The notes beneath the pieces are model-generated. The model saw only the letters and a program-made list of their open reading frames with translations, had not been told where the DNA came from and ran no database searches. From NCBI RefSeq assembly GCF_009914755.1, contig NC_060929.1: DNA of 64,000 nt. One strand, written 5' to 3'. The position numbers were made by a program, and so were the translations under genes. Source of the DNA: the human T2T-CHM13v2.0 reference genome, Homo sapiens. The first letter of the stretch is position 1; each line of letters opens with the position of its first letter. Positions 24,761-36,127 of the stretch are shown here, one piece after another.

Positions 24761-25824
24761 TCCTGCCCCTACCCAACCCCAGCACAAGTCACTCTGTGTG
24801 ACTCTCTGGCTGTGTGTATTGAGCCAGGCTGGCATCCACAGCAGACATTTTTTGTGAGTCACCTATAGTGTCAGGCCTTGGAAAAAGGCAGAGGCTGTGA
24901 TGTCACAGCTCCTCCAATGACACAGCATCAGGGGACAGCCAGAAATAGACATGTGGAAGCCCTTGCCACTGGCACTCTCTTGTACTCTGAAACAACCCAT
25001 TTCTCTCAGCTCAGACACCAGGCTGCTGGAGAATTGGAGAACCAAAATAGACTGAACGTCTAGTCACCCTCCTAGAATTCCCCATCTGCTCTGACAAAGT
25101 TCTGGGGACACCCAAGGTGAAACCCACCCAGCAGAACATTGAGAACATGACCGAGATTTAGCTGGACTTTGGTTCCTAACCACAGTGGCTCATTCACAGA
25201 AAAAGGCCCTAAGACAATGTCTCTAGTCAGCTTTGTCTTCAACACATTCCTAAGGTTTAAGATTGGGATGTGTTAGAGACGAAGGTTTGGTTCGTATCTG
25301 ACTTCCGGTGCTGCAGACCATTGATTGCTGCTGAAATGTAGCAGCCAAACCTTTTAGAGCCACGCTAGCCATCTGATGTAAAGCAAAAAGCTGGAGACCT
25401 TTGACAATTCTGCTTGGAAACAATTTTTATATATTAATGATCATAGCAGCAGCTAATATTAGTTTGGCTTTTAGGGAATCAGTAGATGGTACCTACATCT
25501 TTCTCTAAGTCCAAAGCCAATGAAGAGACAGATATAAGAATCAGAACAATCGATATCAAAATATCAGGTCCATTATTGATGAATATGAGGTTGGAGGATT
25601 TGGCTTAGGGATGAGGCAACAAGGCATATGTTAATACTGTGCCTAAGAGGTTTTCAGCCCTTCTTTGTTGCACCTAATGCATGACCGAGAGCAGATCTCG
25701 GTCACTCTGATAAATCTCTCCTCTCCCATGGGGAATGTGAGTGAGAATGGGAAGAGAAGCCAGGAATGTTGGTGTAGCTGAAGTTCCTGCACGTCAAAAT
25801 GGGATGAGTGAGGAGTAGGTATTT

Positions 25825-27045
25825 TCCACAGTCTTATTGACTGAGTTCTTACTAGTTGCCAGATACTGTGCAGACAGCATCCATGTAGACTATCCAGTTT
25901 AATTCTCTTTTCCACCTCATAAGGAAAGTGCTAGTATTATCTTCATCTTACTGATAAGGAAACAGAGGCCCAGAAAGACCCACAACTTTACTAAGGTGAC
26001 ACAGCTAGTACGCGTCAAGATGGGATCCAGACCAAAGTCGGTCCGAGGCCACAACAGATCTTGGAAGCAACAGGCTGCAGAGCCTCCCCTGCCTTACTGC
26101 ACAGCGTTGCTGGGTGCTATGAGGAGATAAAGGAACATGACGTTCTGGATCAGAAGGCTTGGGCTATAGCCCAGGCTCTGCCATTTTTTAGCCTCCACAA
26201 CTACAGTGCCCTTGCCTGCAAAATAGGGATGATAATGCCTTTCTTGAGAAGCTCAGGGAGTTTCTATGAGGATCAGGTGAGCCGATGGTCATTAAAGTGT
26301 TTTGTTACTGGCTGGCCCGGGGCACTGATGTGCATCTAGGGGTAGGAGAGTTCTGAGTTCCGCTGCGCCTCTCTTGATAACTTTCTCAGTGATGTGGTTC
26401 AACCACTTGACTTCCTATACCTCAGTTTCGCCACCTGTATAATGAAAGCCCTAGTCCTTGATTTACTAACCTCTCAGAGGTATGGTGATGCTTAAAGGGG
26501 ATAAAGTCAAGAAAACACTTTCTTTGTGTAATCTAGAGATGTCAGAATATGATGAAAATTGTCATCCTTATCATTGTCTTTTTGTGTGTGTGAGATGTGG
26601 CACTTGGGGCAGTATCTATTTTTGTGACAAAATTATTTCTTAGACTCTCATAAACTCATTTAGCTGAAGGATTTTATTGGTGACAAATTTAGGTTTGTAT
26701 CTCAGCAATTTTATTTAAAAAAATACTAAAAAATAATCTTATTAGAAAATGGTTCAACTTAGGAGCACTAACAAGTATCAGCTTTGAACTAAGTCTTATG
26801 TGCTAAGGAGAATAGAATAAAAATATCTAACAGGCATATAGCACTTATGTGCCTATACTGTTCTAAATGCTGTAAGTATATTTATTTAATCCTCACAATA
26901 AAACCCTGTGAGCAGGCATTTTATTATGTCTATTTTATAGATGGGAGGTAGGGGGATAAGGGCTCAGAGATGTTAAGTAACATGCACAGGAACGAGATTT
27001 GAATCTGCAGTCTAGCCTCAGAATCTCTCTTGTCTTAACCGCTGG
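25825..27045. mobile_element. Cluster of four MIR fragments (about 25825-26050 -, 26130-26300 +, 26345-26520 +, 26830-27040 -)
   Basis: Repeated MIR cores: GATAAGGAAACAGAGGCCCAGA, TGCAAAATAGGGATGATAAT, CCTCAGTTTCGCCACCTGTATAATG, GGCTCAGAGATGTTAAGTAAC. Confidence 0.75.
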
Positions 27046-29034
27046 AGTGGACTTTATAAAGCACAGTCCCTGCCTTCAAAGAGCTTGCAGAACAGCTGAC
27101 AGACCAGTCGAGAGCAGATACGCACAGACGATAGATAAGCAAGAAAGGAACACAAGACATTGCTACATTGGATCGTGGGTCAAATGATGCTGTTTGAACG
27201 ACGGGTTAAAAATAATCTCGAAGTACAGCAAGGTAATGAGAGTGATGTGGGAGAAGTGATGTCTGACTTGGGCCTTTTATGGCAGTAGGGTGTGAGTCAG
27301 TAGGAAAAATAATGGGACTATCCATGTAGTACTTGGTCCTATCTAAAGGGACTCATTACTTGAGGAAGCAGCATTGGCTAAACAAATCACTAAATCTAGA
27401 AAAGAAATATGTATCATAAAAAGAAGATGGCTCAAGGGATAAACAAAGGGGCAATATTATAGACCATTTACTAATCGTATGACAATTTGTGCCTCAGTGT
27501 CTTCTGTAAAATGCAGATAAGAAGATCCATTTTGCCTTCCTGACAAAGTAAAACTGCTTTTGAAAATAATAAAGGTCACCCACACATATTTAATGGGATA
27601 ACAGTTTTAAAAAATCATTTATATTTTTATCTTTTGTCTTCCTAATTACCTGGGCTTTGCCCTAGATGATTAGAGGAGTCTATTGCTTAAAGGAAGGAAG
27701 AGGGAGATTAGGAATGCCAGAGAATGGATACAGACCAAAGGGAACATCCACAAATAACCAGGCTGTAGTCTGGAGAGAGGGTTGCCTCAATTCTTTTAGC
27801 TGCCTGTTTAGCATATCAACGGCATGCTTTATCTGAGCCAGAGGTCTCCACAGGAAGGCCAAGTGGAAGAGCCTACCCTTTTCCGGCTTCAAAGATAGTG
27901 GGAATCAGAAGAAAAGAGAAGAGAGCAGGAGAACAGAACAAAGACACATGGTCCTATTTTTCTCATCTCGGCTTTGGCACAGGAGGCTCATTAGACAAAT
28001 TGAGACAACGCTGATTGCTTCTTCCCCAGCCTAAGGCACAGGATGAAACTCCTAGTCCAGTGTGGTGGAGGCTGGACTTGGAAGCAACCTGAGAGTGTGC
28101 TTGGGGATCTTGCCAGAGTGGGTTTCAGTGGCTGGGACAAACTGGCACTGCAGTAAAGACTGCAGGTCAGACCCACCAGGTAGGGTGAGTGGAATTCCAG
28201 CCAAACCTTAGAGAAGTCTGTGGTGCTAGCAGTAGGCAAGATGAAGCTCAGGTAACCCCAGCTCTGTATACTAGTTGAGGCAGGAGAACAAATGACAATG
28301 TATGTCAGGCCAGCTTCCATTTTACCATGAAGGCCAGAGGGGCAAGCAGCAACCAGGTGGCCAAGGGAGGTGCTCCCTGGACCAGAGTGGGCAGGAGGCC
28401 ATCCCACTACCCTATATACCACCACAAATGCTTGTAAGCCATATATCCCTCTCATCACCTTTGTACCCAGAATTTATCTTCATGGAGAAGCGGAGAGAGG
28501 TTATATGAGAGATTAAGCCATTTTTATTCAAACGAGACTGACATCGCCTAAAATGACCATGCAGATAATAAGAACAGACTGGATTTAAACTAGATTGGTC
28601 CTTTAGTTTATTTTTCTACCAACTGTCAGATGAAGGTTATAGACAAATGAAAGTTCAGTTACAGGAAAAATAAATTCATTTTACATCCTCATTCAAGTTG
28701 AAGTGTGAACAAAATGGTGTGATCCAATTACCTGTAATGTTGTTGTTCTTAAACAATTCTAAGAGTAATATCTCTATATATTGAATTTTTAAATATTTAA
28801 GTGGCATTAACCTTTGACTGAAACAAAATAATATATGTAAAAGTCCCTGGCACATATTAGGTGCTAGGTGATTATTAATTGTTTGAATGTTGTTTGAGGT
28901 CAATGTCAGGAAAGATAACAGCTATGCTCCTTGGATCATGGCTCTTTGTTCTGCACTGAGAGCCTGAATATTGGGTAAGATGAACCCAGAATAGCATCAT
29001 TGCTTTCCCTATGTGTGATTGTGTGAGGAATTAT

Positions 29035-29210
29035 GGTCCCAAGCAGAGATTCTTAAATCTAGTCCTGCATCAGAATTATCTGGACAGCTAGTTTGAAAAT
29101 ATAGATCATTTCTCCTCTGTTTCCCCTTGTGATTATGATTCAGTATTTCTGGGGAGGTGCCAAGGCATCTTTTGAAAACCATTAACAATCTGTTCAGATG
29201 GCATTTTAAA
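29035..29210. mobile_element. MER5-type hAT MITE
   Basis: GCATCAGAATTATCTGG...GATTCAGTATTTCTGGGG. Confidence 0.6.
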
Positions 29211-30289
29211 TACCAAGGGGCACTGTGGTACATCTTTAGTAATTTCTTTCCTTCTTTGATTGTTGTTGACTCTTACAGACACATGTGTGGGTAGACTAGA
29301 GAAAGTCAGACTTAATTGTTTTTTAGTTTTTGTCTGTACAAAGTTCTGTGTCTAATCAGCTTGGCTTCTGTCAATTCTCTAAATTCCAAAGCAAAACAAG
29401 TGTAAGTAAGGGATGATGAGCTTTGTGTTGGGCCGAGTCAAAGAAAATGGCTTCTCCCCCTCATTTCAGCAGAACACAGAGTCTCCAAGCCCAGAGCAAT
29501 GATTAGATGTGTGAGGAAATTCCTCAATCTGGAAAGAACTATTTTCTTGTTTTTCTCTCCTCTTTCATCCCTGTTTTCAGGTCCCAGGGGGATATGGCTC
29601 TTATCAACTCTCAAACAGGAGTTTTACTGTAGCATGACACAAACTGCAAAGCAGAAAAACTATGTGTTAACGATTCCTGTAGGAAACCCTCTTTCTTTGG
29701 GGTCCTATCACTTTTATCCTACCTCTGTCACCACTTTTAGTATGTCATCTCCTGAATGTGGCCTCTCCAGCACTTTCTGACTCATAATTTTCTGTTGGTC
29801 ACCTGACCAAACGATGCCCAGCCTGAAGTTGGCAAATGGCCATTGTGCTGAACATAATCATTCCAGTAAAACATGGCTTATTAGCATAGAAATCTCTATA
29901 AGCCTTTCTATTCTAATTTTGCTGTTATAATTCTGGCCCCTTCGGAGGTCATGCTAACCTAGTTAAGGCTCTTGGAGAAAATACTGTCATTCCAGCTCAT
30001 TGCATTTGCATTAAAATATATTGTCCTTCAGCTGACATGCTAACCAGCAACCCATCATCTGCAACTTCGTGCAGAACCTGAACTGCAGGGCATAATTCGT
30101 TATTTAAGTTGGAGTCTGGGAAGCTCAGTGAAAATATATGATGGGCACCAAGACATTAAGGTCTGTAATATTCTGGCTGTGTGCACTTCACTCTGAATGC
30201 AGTGAAAAGATTTTGATGAAAAGCAGATTACTACAAAGTGAAGGATGCTAACTGCTAGGGTCCTTGACATGTCACATCCCATAGAGACA

Positions 30290-32175
30290 ATATGGCATTG
30301 TGAGGACACAAATGTCAGGGTCAGACTGCTTAGTTGACATCCCTGTTCTACTATATAGGAATTTTGAAAACTAGTGATAATAAAATAGTCATATCTCACT
30401 GGGTTATGTGAGATTATCTCTATAGAGTAGTACATTACATGTGCTCATGTCATTAATTACAATTGTTACTAATGTTATATATGCTCAATTGATGTTGACT
30501 ATTTCTATTAATAACAATAACAAACCTACAGTATGGTTAATCCTTCGTATAGCTCACTCATACGATTTTTGAGAAATTATTTGGGAAAAGATATTTGGGT
30601 ACTGAAGATACATAAGTAATGAGAAAGGATGATTTCCACCCTCGTAAAGATCATATTCCTGATACAGAACATGGAAGTTAGTGAGTTACCCATTATTGTG
30701 GGTCCAAGAAGAGGGTGTGAGATCATTTTTCAAGGTTGCTATAGATTTGTTTTGATTGGATAGGAGATTGTAAACTGCTTAGAACAATACCTAACACTAC
30801 GTACTAAGTATGCAAGTATTTTATTATTGCTGTTATTGTTATTATTAATATTGTTTGTATCCACAATTACTCGTATTATCTTGTTTAAATCTTTTGACAA
30901 CCTTGTGAGAAAGGTACTGTTATTGTCTGACATTAATATTGAGGAAATCAAGGCTCAGGTAGGTTAAGTAACTTACCCAGTGTCACATAGCTTATACAAC
31001 AGAGCCCAGATTTAAACCAACTGCATTGACTCCTTTGAAATTCTTGTTTGCTTGAGTTGATTTGTTATAGGTTGTGTCTCTCAAAGAAATCAGGAAAATT
31101 GGACCTGTTAAATGTTTGGTGATGGACAATGAGCTTTTTAAGGTCTTTGGCTGTAACGTGTCCTTGGAAGCAAGGAGCTCACTCCGTTTGGTTCCTAGAA
31201 AGTTCCTATGGTTGTGCTATCATCACTTCTTGACCTTGAGAAGTTGCCTACTGCACTCTCTGGCTTCAAGCAAGACTTTATCTAATTCTTCCTCAAGAAA
31301 TCATCTGCTTTTAAAAATATTCTTACAGAAAAGGGGAATCTGTACTCTTTTTAAATGATCTTTAAATAAAATTAGACTCCAAAATAGCAAAATTGGAAGA
31401 AACAGTGAGGATTATTTAAGCCAATTCCTCCATTTTTTATGTGAGGCCTAGATGAGGGGAAGGGATGGAAACATCCGCAGTTTACATGGTTAATTACTAT
31501 GCAGCTTGGTGGCTAAGCGTTTGGTGGGCTCTGGAGCTGGGTGATCTGGGTCTGAGTCCCAGTTCTCTACTTGCTAGCTTAATCTCCTTGTGCCTCAGTT
31601 ACCTCACTGTAAAATGGTGGTAATAACAGTGCTTTCCTCACAGGATTGTGGTGAAGATTAAGTAAGTTTCCATGTGTAAGGCACTTGGAATAGGGGCTGG
31701 CACATAGTAAACAATATATGAGTGTTTACTATTCTTGTTGTTGACAGCACTAGGATTTGAGTCCAGATTGCTTAACTTCCTTGTGTAGTGCTCTTTTCAT
31801 TTCCTTAAATTCTCTTCCACCAAGATCTTTTTTGTAACCAGCTGAGGTTTTTCCAACTTTAGTTTGACCCATGACCACCAGTTCTCTTCTTAGTCTGGAT
31901 ACCTATGTGGTTCTTATGCATATCAGTTTCACACACTGTGGCCATGGGACTCTGAGGTCAGATAGAATTGCATTTGAGTTCCAACCTTACCACAGAGAGG
32001 TTACTTAGCCTCCCTGTGCCTCTGTTTCTTCATTTGTACACTGGGGATACCAAAGACCACCTGCCTTATTAAGGTTGCTGATAGGGTTAAATAAGCGGCT
32101 ATCTATAAAAGCACTCAGCAGAATGCCAGACACTTGCTAGATATATAATACATGGCAGGCAGTACATTATTGTTA
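30290..32175. mobile_element. Several MIR copies (about 30300-30500, 30870-31030, 31495-31740, 31935-32170)
   Basis: GTGCCTCAGTTACCTCACTGTAAAATGG, GAGGAAATCAAGGCTCAGGTAGGTTAAGTAACTTACCC and similar cores. Confidence 0.75.
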
Positions 32176-32236
32176 TTACTGCTGTTACAACTCCTTATGG
32201 AATTTTCCAAGTCATAAGTGTACTTTCCTCTTGCAG

Positions 32237-32327
32237 ATTATCTGAGTAGGCTGAACCATCGGTGAAAAGGAGGCCAAGCATCTCAAAAATAGGACACGTG
32301 AGAGTATGGAGCCAATGTGACACTCAG
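32237..32327 (+). other. Candidate non-coding (5'UTR or lncRNA) exon, 91 nt
   Basis: Acceptor TACTTTCCTCTTGCAG|A and donor CAG|GTGAGT; stop codons in all three frames. Confidence 0.45.
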
Positions 32328-32334
32328 GTGAGTT

Positions 32335-32530
32335 AGCCTTATGATCCCTAAGCATGCAGTCCTTGGACCAGATGCATCAGGATCTTCTGGTAAGTGTGCT
32401 AAAATATAGGCTACTGAGACCCACCCTATGTCTGTCAAATCAGAATATTCTAAGGAAGCAGGTCCCAGGGAATATATATTTTAAAGCTCCCTAAATACAC
32501 TTCATGGGCTGCCAGATTTGGGAATCGCAG
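32335..32530. mobile_element. MER5-type hAT MITE
   Basis: GGACCAGATGCATCAGGATC...AAATCAGAATATTCT...AGCTCCC...GATTTGGGAATC. Confidence 0.65.
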
Positions 32531-33314
32531 GATTAGGTAGCTACCTAAATGAAGACACTTAAATGTGCCAAAAGCTTCTCTTTCACCCATCCATTTATCC
32601 ATCTATTCACCCATCCATCAACCAAACATGTGCCAGTATCTGGTATTTGCTTCATGACCTGCTACTGCTGTGGTGGGTGCAAAGATAAATGATCAATGTT
32701 CTCAAAGAGTCAATAGTCTAAGAGAATGGATGAATGAAGTATAAATAATAAAAGATGTGCTATGAAGTACGATGGGGGTCCAGAAAAGTATATACTTATT
32801 CCAGATTGTGGCAGAAGACTCTGGAGAGGTTTCGTTTTATATAATGGCATGAATTCCCCTTCAGATCCATCTCTAAATCAAGCTTCACCTACTTCTGACT
32901 GTTTGTGTTAGATACCAATCCTATGGATTTCTATAGTTTTCTGGAATTACTTTTTACACACTACAGTAGAGTTATGTGGCTGCTTCCATGTTTTACTTAG
33001 AAGCTGAGAGCTTGATAAAAGTGAAGGCTGCATCTTAATCATCACCTTTTCCCCCACCTCCTAGCTAGGGTCTGGCTCTGCCTAAGCAGCTGCCATTGGT
33101 GCTCAATAAACATTGAAGAAGTTGGGTTGTTGCACTGGTTATGCAAAGAAAGGGACACAGTGGGTGTAAGCGTGGGGTGGGGAGCAAAGCTGGGACCAAT
33201 CATGGAACACCTAGAATTTGAATCAAATTTGGGCTTTAGTTTTTAGGCAATGAGCCTAAGACAATTTTGGAAGCATCCTTTGTTCACAAAAAAGTTAGAA
33301 ATGGTGAGAACTAG

Positions 33315-33630
33315 GGCAGTCTATCACAAAGTGTGGGAGAGGTAATTTTATATGTAAACTATTATAAATCACATTTGAGTTATGAAGTGAGACAATTATT
33401 CCCTTTGCAGTTTCATTTCATTCTGTCTAATTATTTCAGGGAGACATTCTGAATTGGGTGCTAGTATTTTAACACTTCTCTAACACTTTCTCTTTTTAAA
33501 TTTTGTTTATTTTTAATTGACAAATAATAATTGTGTATATTTATGGGGTACATTGGGCATGGAGGGTGGGTTATTCTGTGATGTCTTGACCTGTGTGTAC
33601 ATTGTAACACTTCTCTAGTACTTTCTAATC
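33315..33630. mobile_element. Old hAT-Charlie-type element, left part; continuation is inverted at ~34790-35533
   Basis: GGTGCTAGTATTTTAACACTTCTCTA...TTCTAATC reads on into the reverse complement of 35481-35533 (TTCTAATCTATCTTTTTAGCAAAGAG...CAGGCTCAGAGCC). Family recalled, exact name uncertain. Confidence 0.5.
33492..33604 (-). mobile_element. L1MA 3' tip with 22-bp TSD
   Basis: TTTTAATTGACAAATAATAATTGTGTATATTTATGGGGTAC. Flanks TAACACTTCTCTAACACTTTCT (33470-33491) and TAACACTTCTCTAGTACTTTCT (33605-33626). Confidence 0.85.
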
Positions 33631-33964
33631 CAGCCATCCCCAACCTTTTTGGCACCAGGAACCAGTTTTGTGGAAGACGATTTTTCCACAGATGGTTGGG
33701 GGATGATTTTGGGATGGAACTATTCCACCTCAGATCATCAGGCATTAGATTCTCATAAGAAGCATGCAACGTAGATCCCTCACATATACAGTTCACAATA
33801 GGGTTCATGGTTCTATGAGAATCTAATGCTGCCACTGATCTAACAGGAGGCAGAGCTCAGCTGATAATGCTTTTTCACCTGCTACTGACTTCCTGCTGTG
33901 TTGCCCAGTTCCTAACAGGCCATAGACTGGTACCAGTCCATAGCCTGGGGCTTGAGGACCCCTG
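33631..33964 (-). mobile_element. MER1B hAT-Charlie MITE, full length (left inversion boundary)
   Basis: Termini CAGCCATCCCCAACC...GAGGACCCCTG; internal GGCATTAGATTCTCATA and TATGAGAATCTAATGC. Flanks TTCTAATC and CTCTATGA do not match each other. Confidence 0.93.
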
Positions 33965-34047
33965 CTCTATGATGTCTATACAACAATAAAATTGCCTAAT
34001 GATACATTTCTCAGAATGTATACCCATCATTAAGTGACACATGGCTG
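33965..34047 (-). mobile_element. Tigger3a (MER7-type) 5' portion, inverted
   Basis: Reverse complement reads CAGCCATGTGTCACTTAATGATGGGTATACATTCTGAGAAATG...ACATCATAGAG. Confidence 0.85.
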
Positions 34048-34129
34048 CTTGTGTATTTTTATATATAGCTAAATGTGGCTAGATTAGATGTGATATCTCT
34101 TTGGATGCAGGGATAGGTGGGCAAGTTTC

Positions 34130-34650
34130 TAAAACACGAAACTAACTGTGTCTTTTCTCTGCTTAAGAACCTTCCATGACTCCCTGTTGTTCATAACCGG
34201 ATAAATTCTAAGCTGCCTAACTCAGAATTCTAGCTTAGAGATGTCTACGCCTGGCTGCTCCCAACAGTTAGTCTCATGTCCTGTCTCAAACATGGGGCTT
34301 CAGTAAGAATGAAATTTCCAAGGAGAATTTTATATTCTGCATGCCTTTAAAGGCTCAAGCCTGGAGACCCCCCTTCTTGCCTCTCTTACCCTTTTCACCA
34401 GGGCACCCTCTATTCATCCTTCCAGAGCCTTCTCTGGGAAGTCCTTTCCCAAAGCCCACTTCCCAGCCTAAGCTTAGTGCTATTTCTGTAGATACCCAGA
34501 AACACATCAACTATATGTACAGTTTACCCTAGTATGTCAAAGTTATAGTTACTGCCTTAGGAGGGATTTTGAGCTTTTCATCTTTATTACTCGGGCTTCT
34601 GCTACTGTGTCAAGCAGGTAGTTGACACTCAACAAATGTTTGTTTAGCCT
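34130..34650 (+). mobile_element. L2 fragment inside the inverted segment
   Basis: CTCTGCTTAAGAACCTTCCATGACTCCC...ACTCAACAAATGTTTGTT. Confidence 0.7.
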
Positions 34651-35001
34651 AACTCAGCAGAACACATGGAGTGTGTTCACATGGAGTAACCTGATTTTGC
34701 TTAGTCTGCAACATTTCTTGCATGCATCCCCTGCTTGCAGTCTCAATTACAGTCATCCTGTTTCAGTTTTCTTAACTTGTCACTCCCTTCCTCTGATAAC
34801 TTTTGCCATACCTCTGTATAACATGGCCTACTTTTTGAAAAAGATTTTTTTACATTCACCTACATTTGTCTCAAATTTTTTTTTAAAAGAAACTTTGTAT
34901 TACTACCGTCATTGAAAACCTTCATCACTTGGCACAAAAGAAAGTTTAAAAAATACAACAAAAGACATTCTACTAAATTCTGGCTAGACAACCTTGCCTG
35001 C

Positions 35002-35475
35002 TCTAGTAGATGCACTGAGACCATTAATGAATCTTTCATCCCACCTTGTGTCATATTCTTTGCCACATGACTTTGGGTCTCCCTCACTACTAGGCAAGTT
35101 CCTGTCTCCATCTCTTGATTCTGAATTCAGCCATAATACTTGCTCTCCCCAATGTTGTTTTAGCAGATTTGACACATACAGAAGCGTGAAAAACTCTTGT
35201 GTGACTGGGATAGCTCCTCTGCAATGAGAACATGCCTGGGATAATGTACTGAAAAGATGTGAGAAATACATGAAGCAGAGTCCAGTCATCCCAGCCAAGA
35301 ACCAGCTGTGAATGTAACCGCATGACTTTGAGGCAAGTCCAGACCAAGAACAAAGAACCACTGGTCTTAAAGACAGACCTGCAGATTCCTGAGCTAAATA
35401 AAAGTTTATTGTTGAAAGGCACTGAGTTGTTTTTGTTTCCTACAGATATTAATGTGGCAATAGATAGCTAATATA
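35002..35475 (+). mobile_element. MLT1H/I-type MaLR solo LTR
   Basis: 5-bp TSD CCTGC at 34997-35001 and 35476-35480; ends with GTGGCAATAGATAGCTAATATA. Confidence 0.75.
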
Positions 35476-35533
35476 CCTGCCAAGGCTCTGAGCCTGAGAC
35501 ATGTTTTCTCTTTGCTAAAAAGATAGATTAGAA

Positions 35534-35862
35534 CAGGGGTCCCCAAACCCCAGGCCACAGACTGGTACAGGTCTGTGGCCTATTGGGAATTGAGCCACAC
35601 AGCAGGAGTGGTGGGTGAGCCAGCATTATCACCTGAGCTCTGCCTCCTGTCAGATCGGCAGAGGCATTAGATACTCATAAGAGCATGAACCCTATTGCAA
35701 ACTGCATATGCAAAGAATCTAGGTTGTGTGCTCTTTATGAGAATCTAATCCTGATGATCCAAGGTGGAACAGTTTCATCTGGAAACCATCCCCCTTCCCT
35801 GCTTGGGGAAAATTGTCTTCCACAAAACTGGTCCCTGGTGCCAAAAAGGTTGGGGACTGCTG
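35534..35862 (+). mobile_element. MER1B hAT-Charlie MITE, full length (right inversion boundary)
   Basis: CAGGGGTCCCCAAACCCC...GGTTGGGGACTGCTG. Flanks GATTAGAA and TCATAGAG. Confidence 0.93.
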
Positions 35863-36127
35863 TCATAGAGCATATTTACACAAACCTAGGTGGTATAGCC
35901 TGCTACACACCTAGGCTATATGGTATAGCCTATGACTCCTAGGCTACAATCCTGTACAACTTGTTACTATATTGAATGCTGTGGGGAATTGTAACACAAT
36001 GGTATTTGTGTATCTAAACATATCTAAAAATAGAAAAGATATAGTAACAATAGGTTATTATAATCTTATGGGACCATTGTTATATATGCTGGCCATTGTG
36101 GACCAAAATATTTATAACCTGTGACTA
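35863..36127 (+). mobile_element. Tigger3a (MER7-type) 3' portion, followed by (TA)n
   Basis: TCATAGAG..TTACACAAACCTAG.TGGTATAGCCT...TATAATCTTATGGGACCA...GTGACTA. Confidence 0.88.

Noticed and set aside
27991-28458. Longest ORF (155 aa, minus strand)
   Set aside because: No recognisable domain, atypical composition and no supporting splice structure; consistent with a chance ORF.
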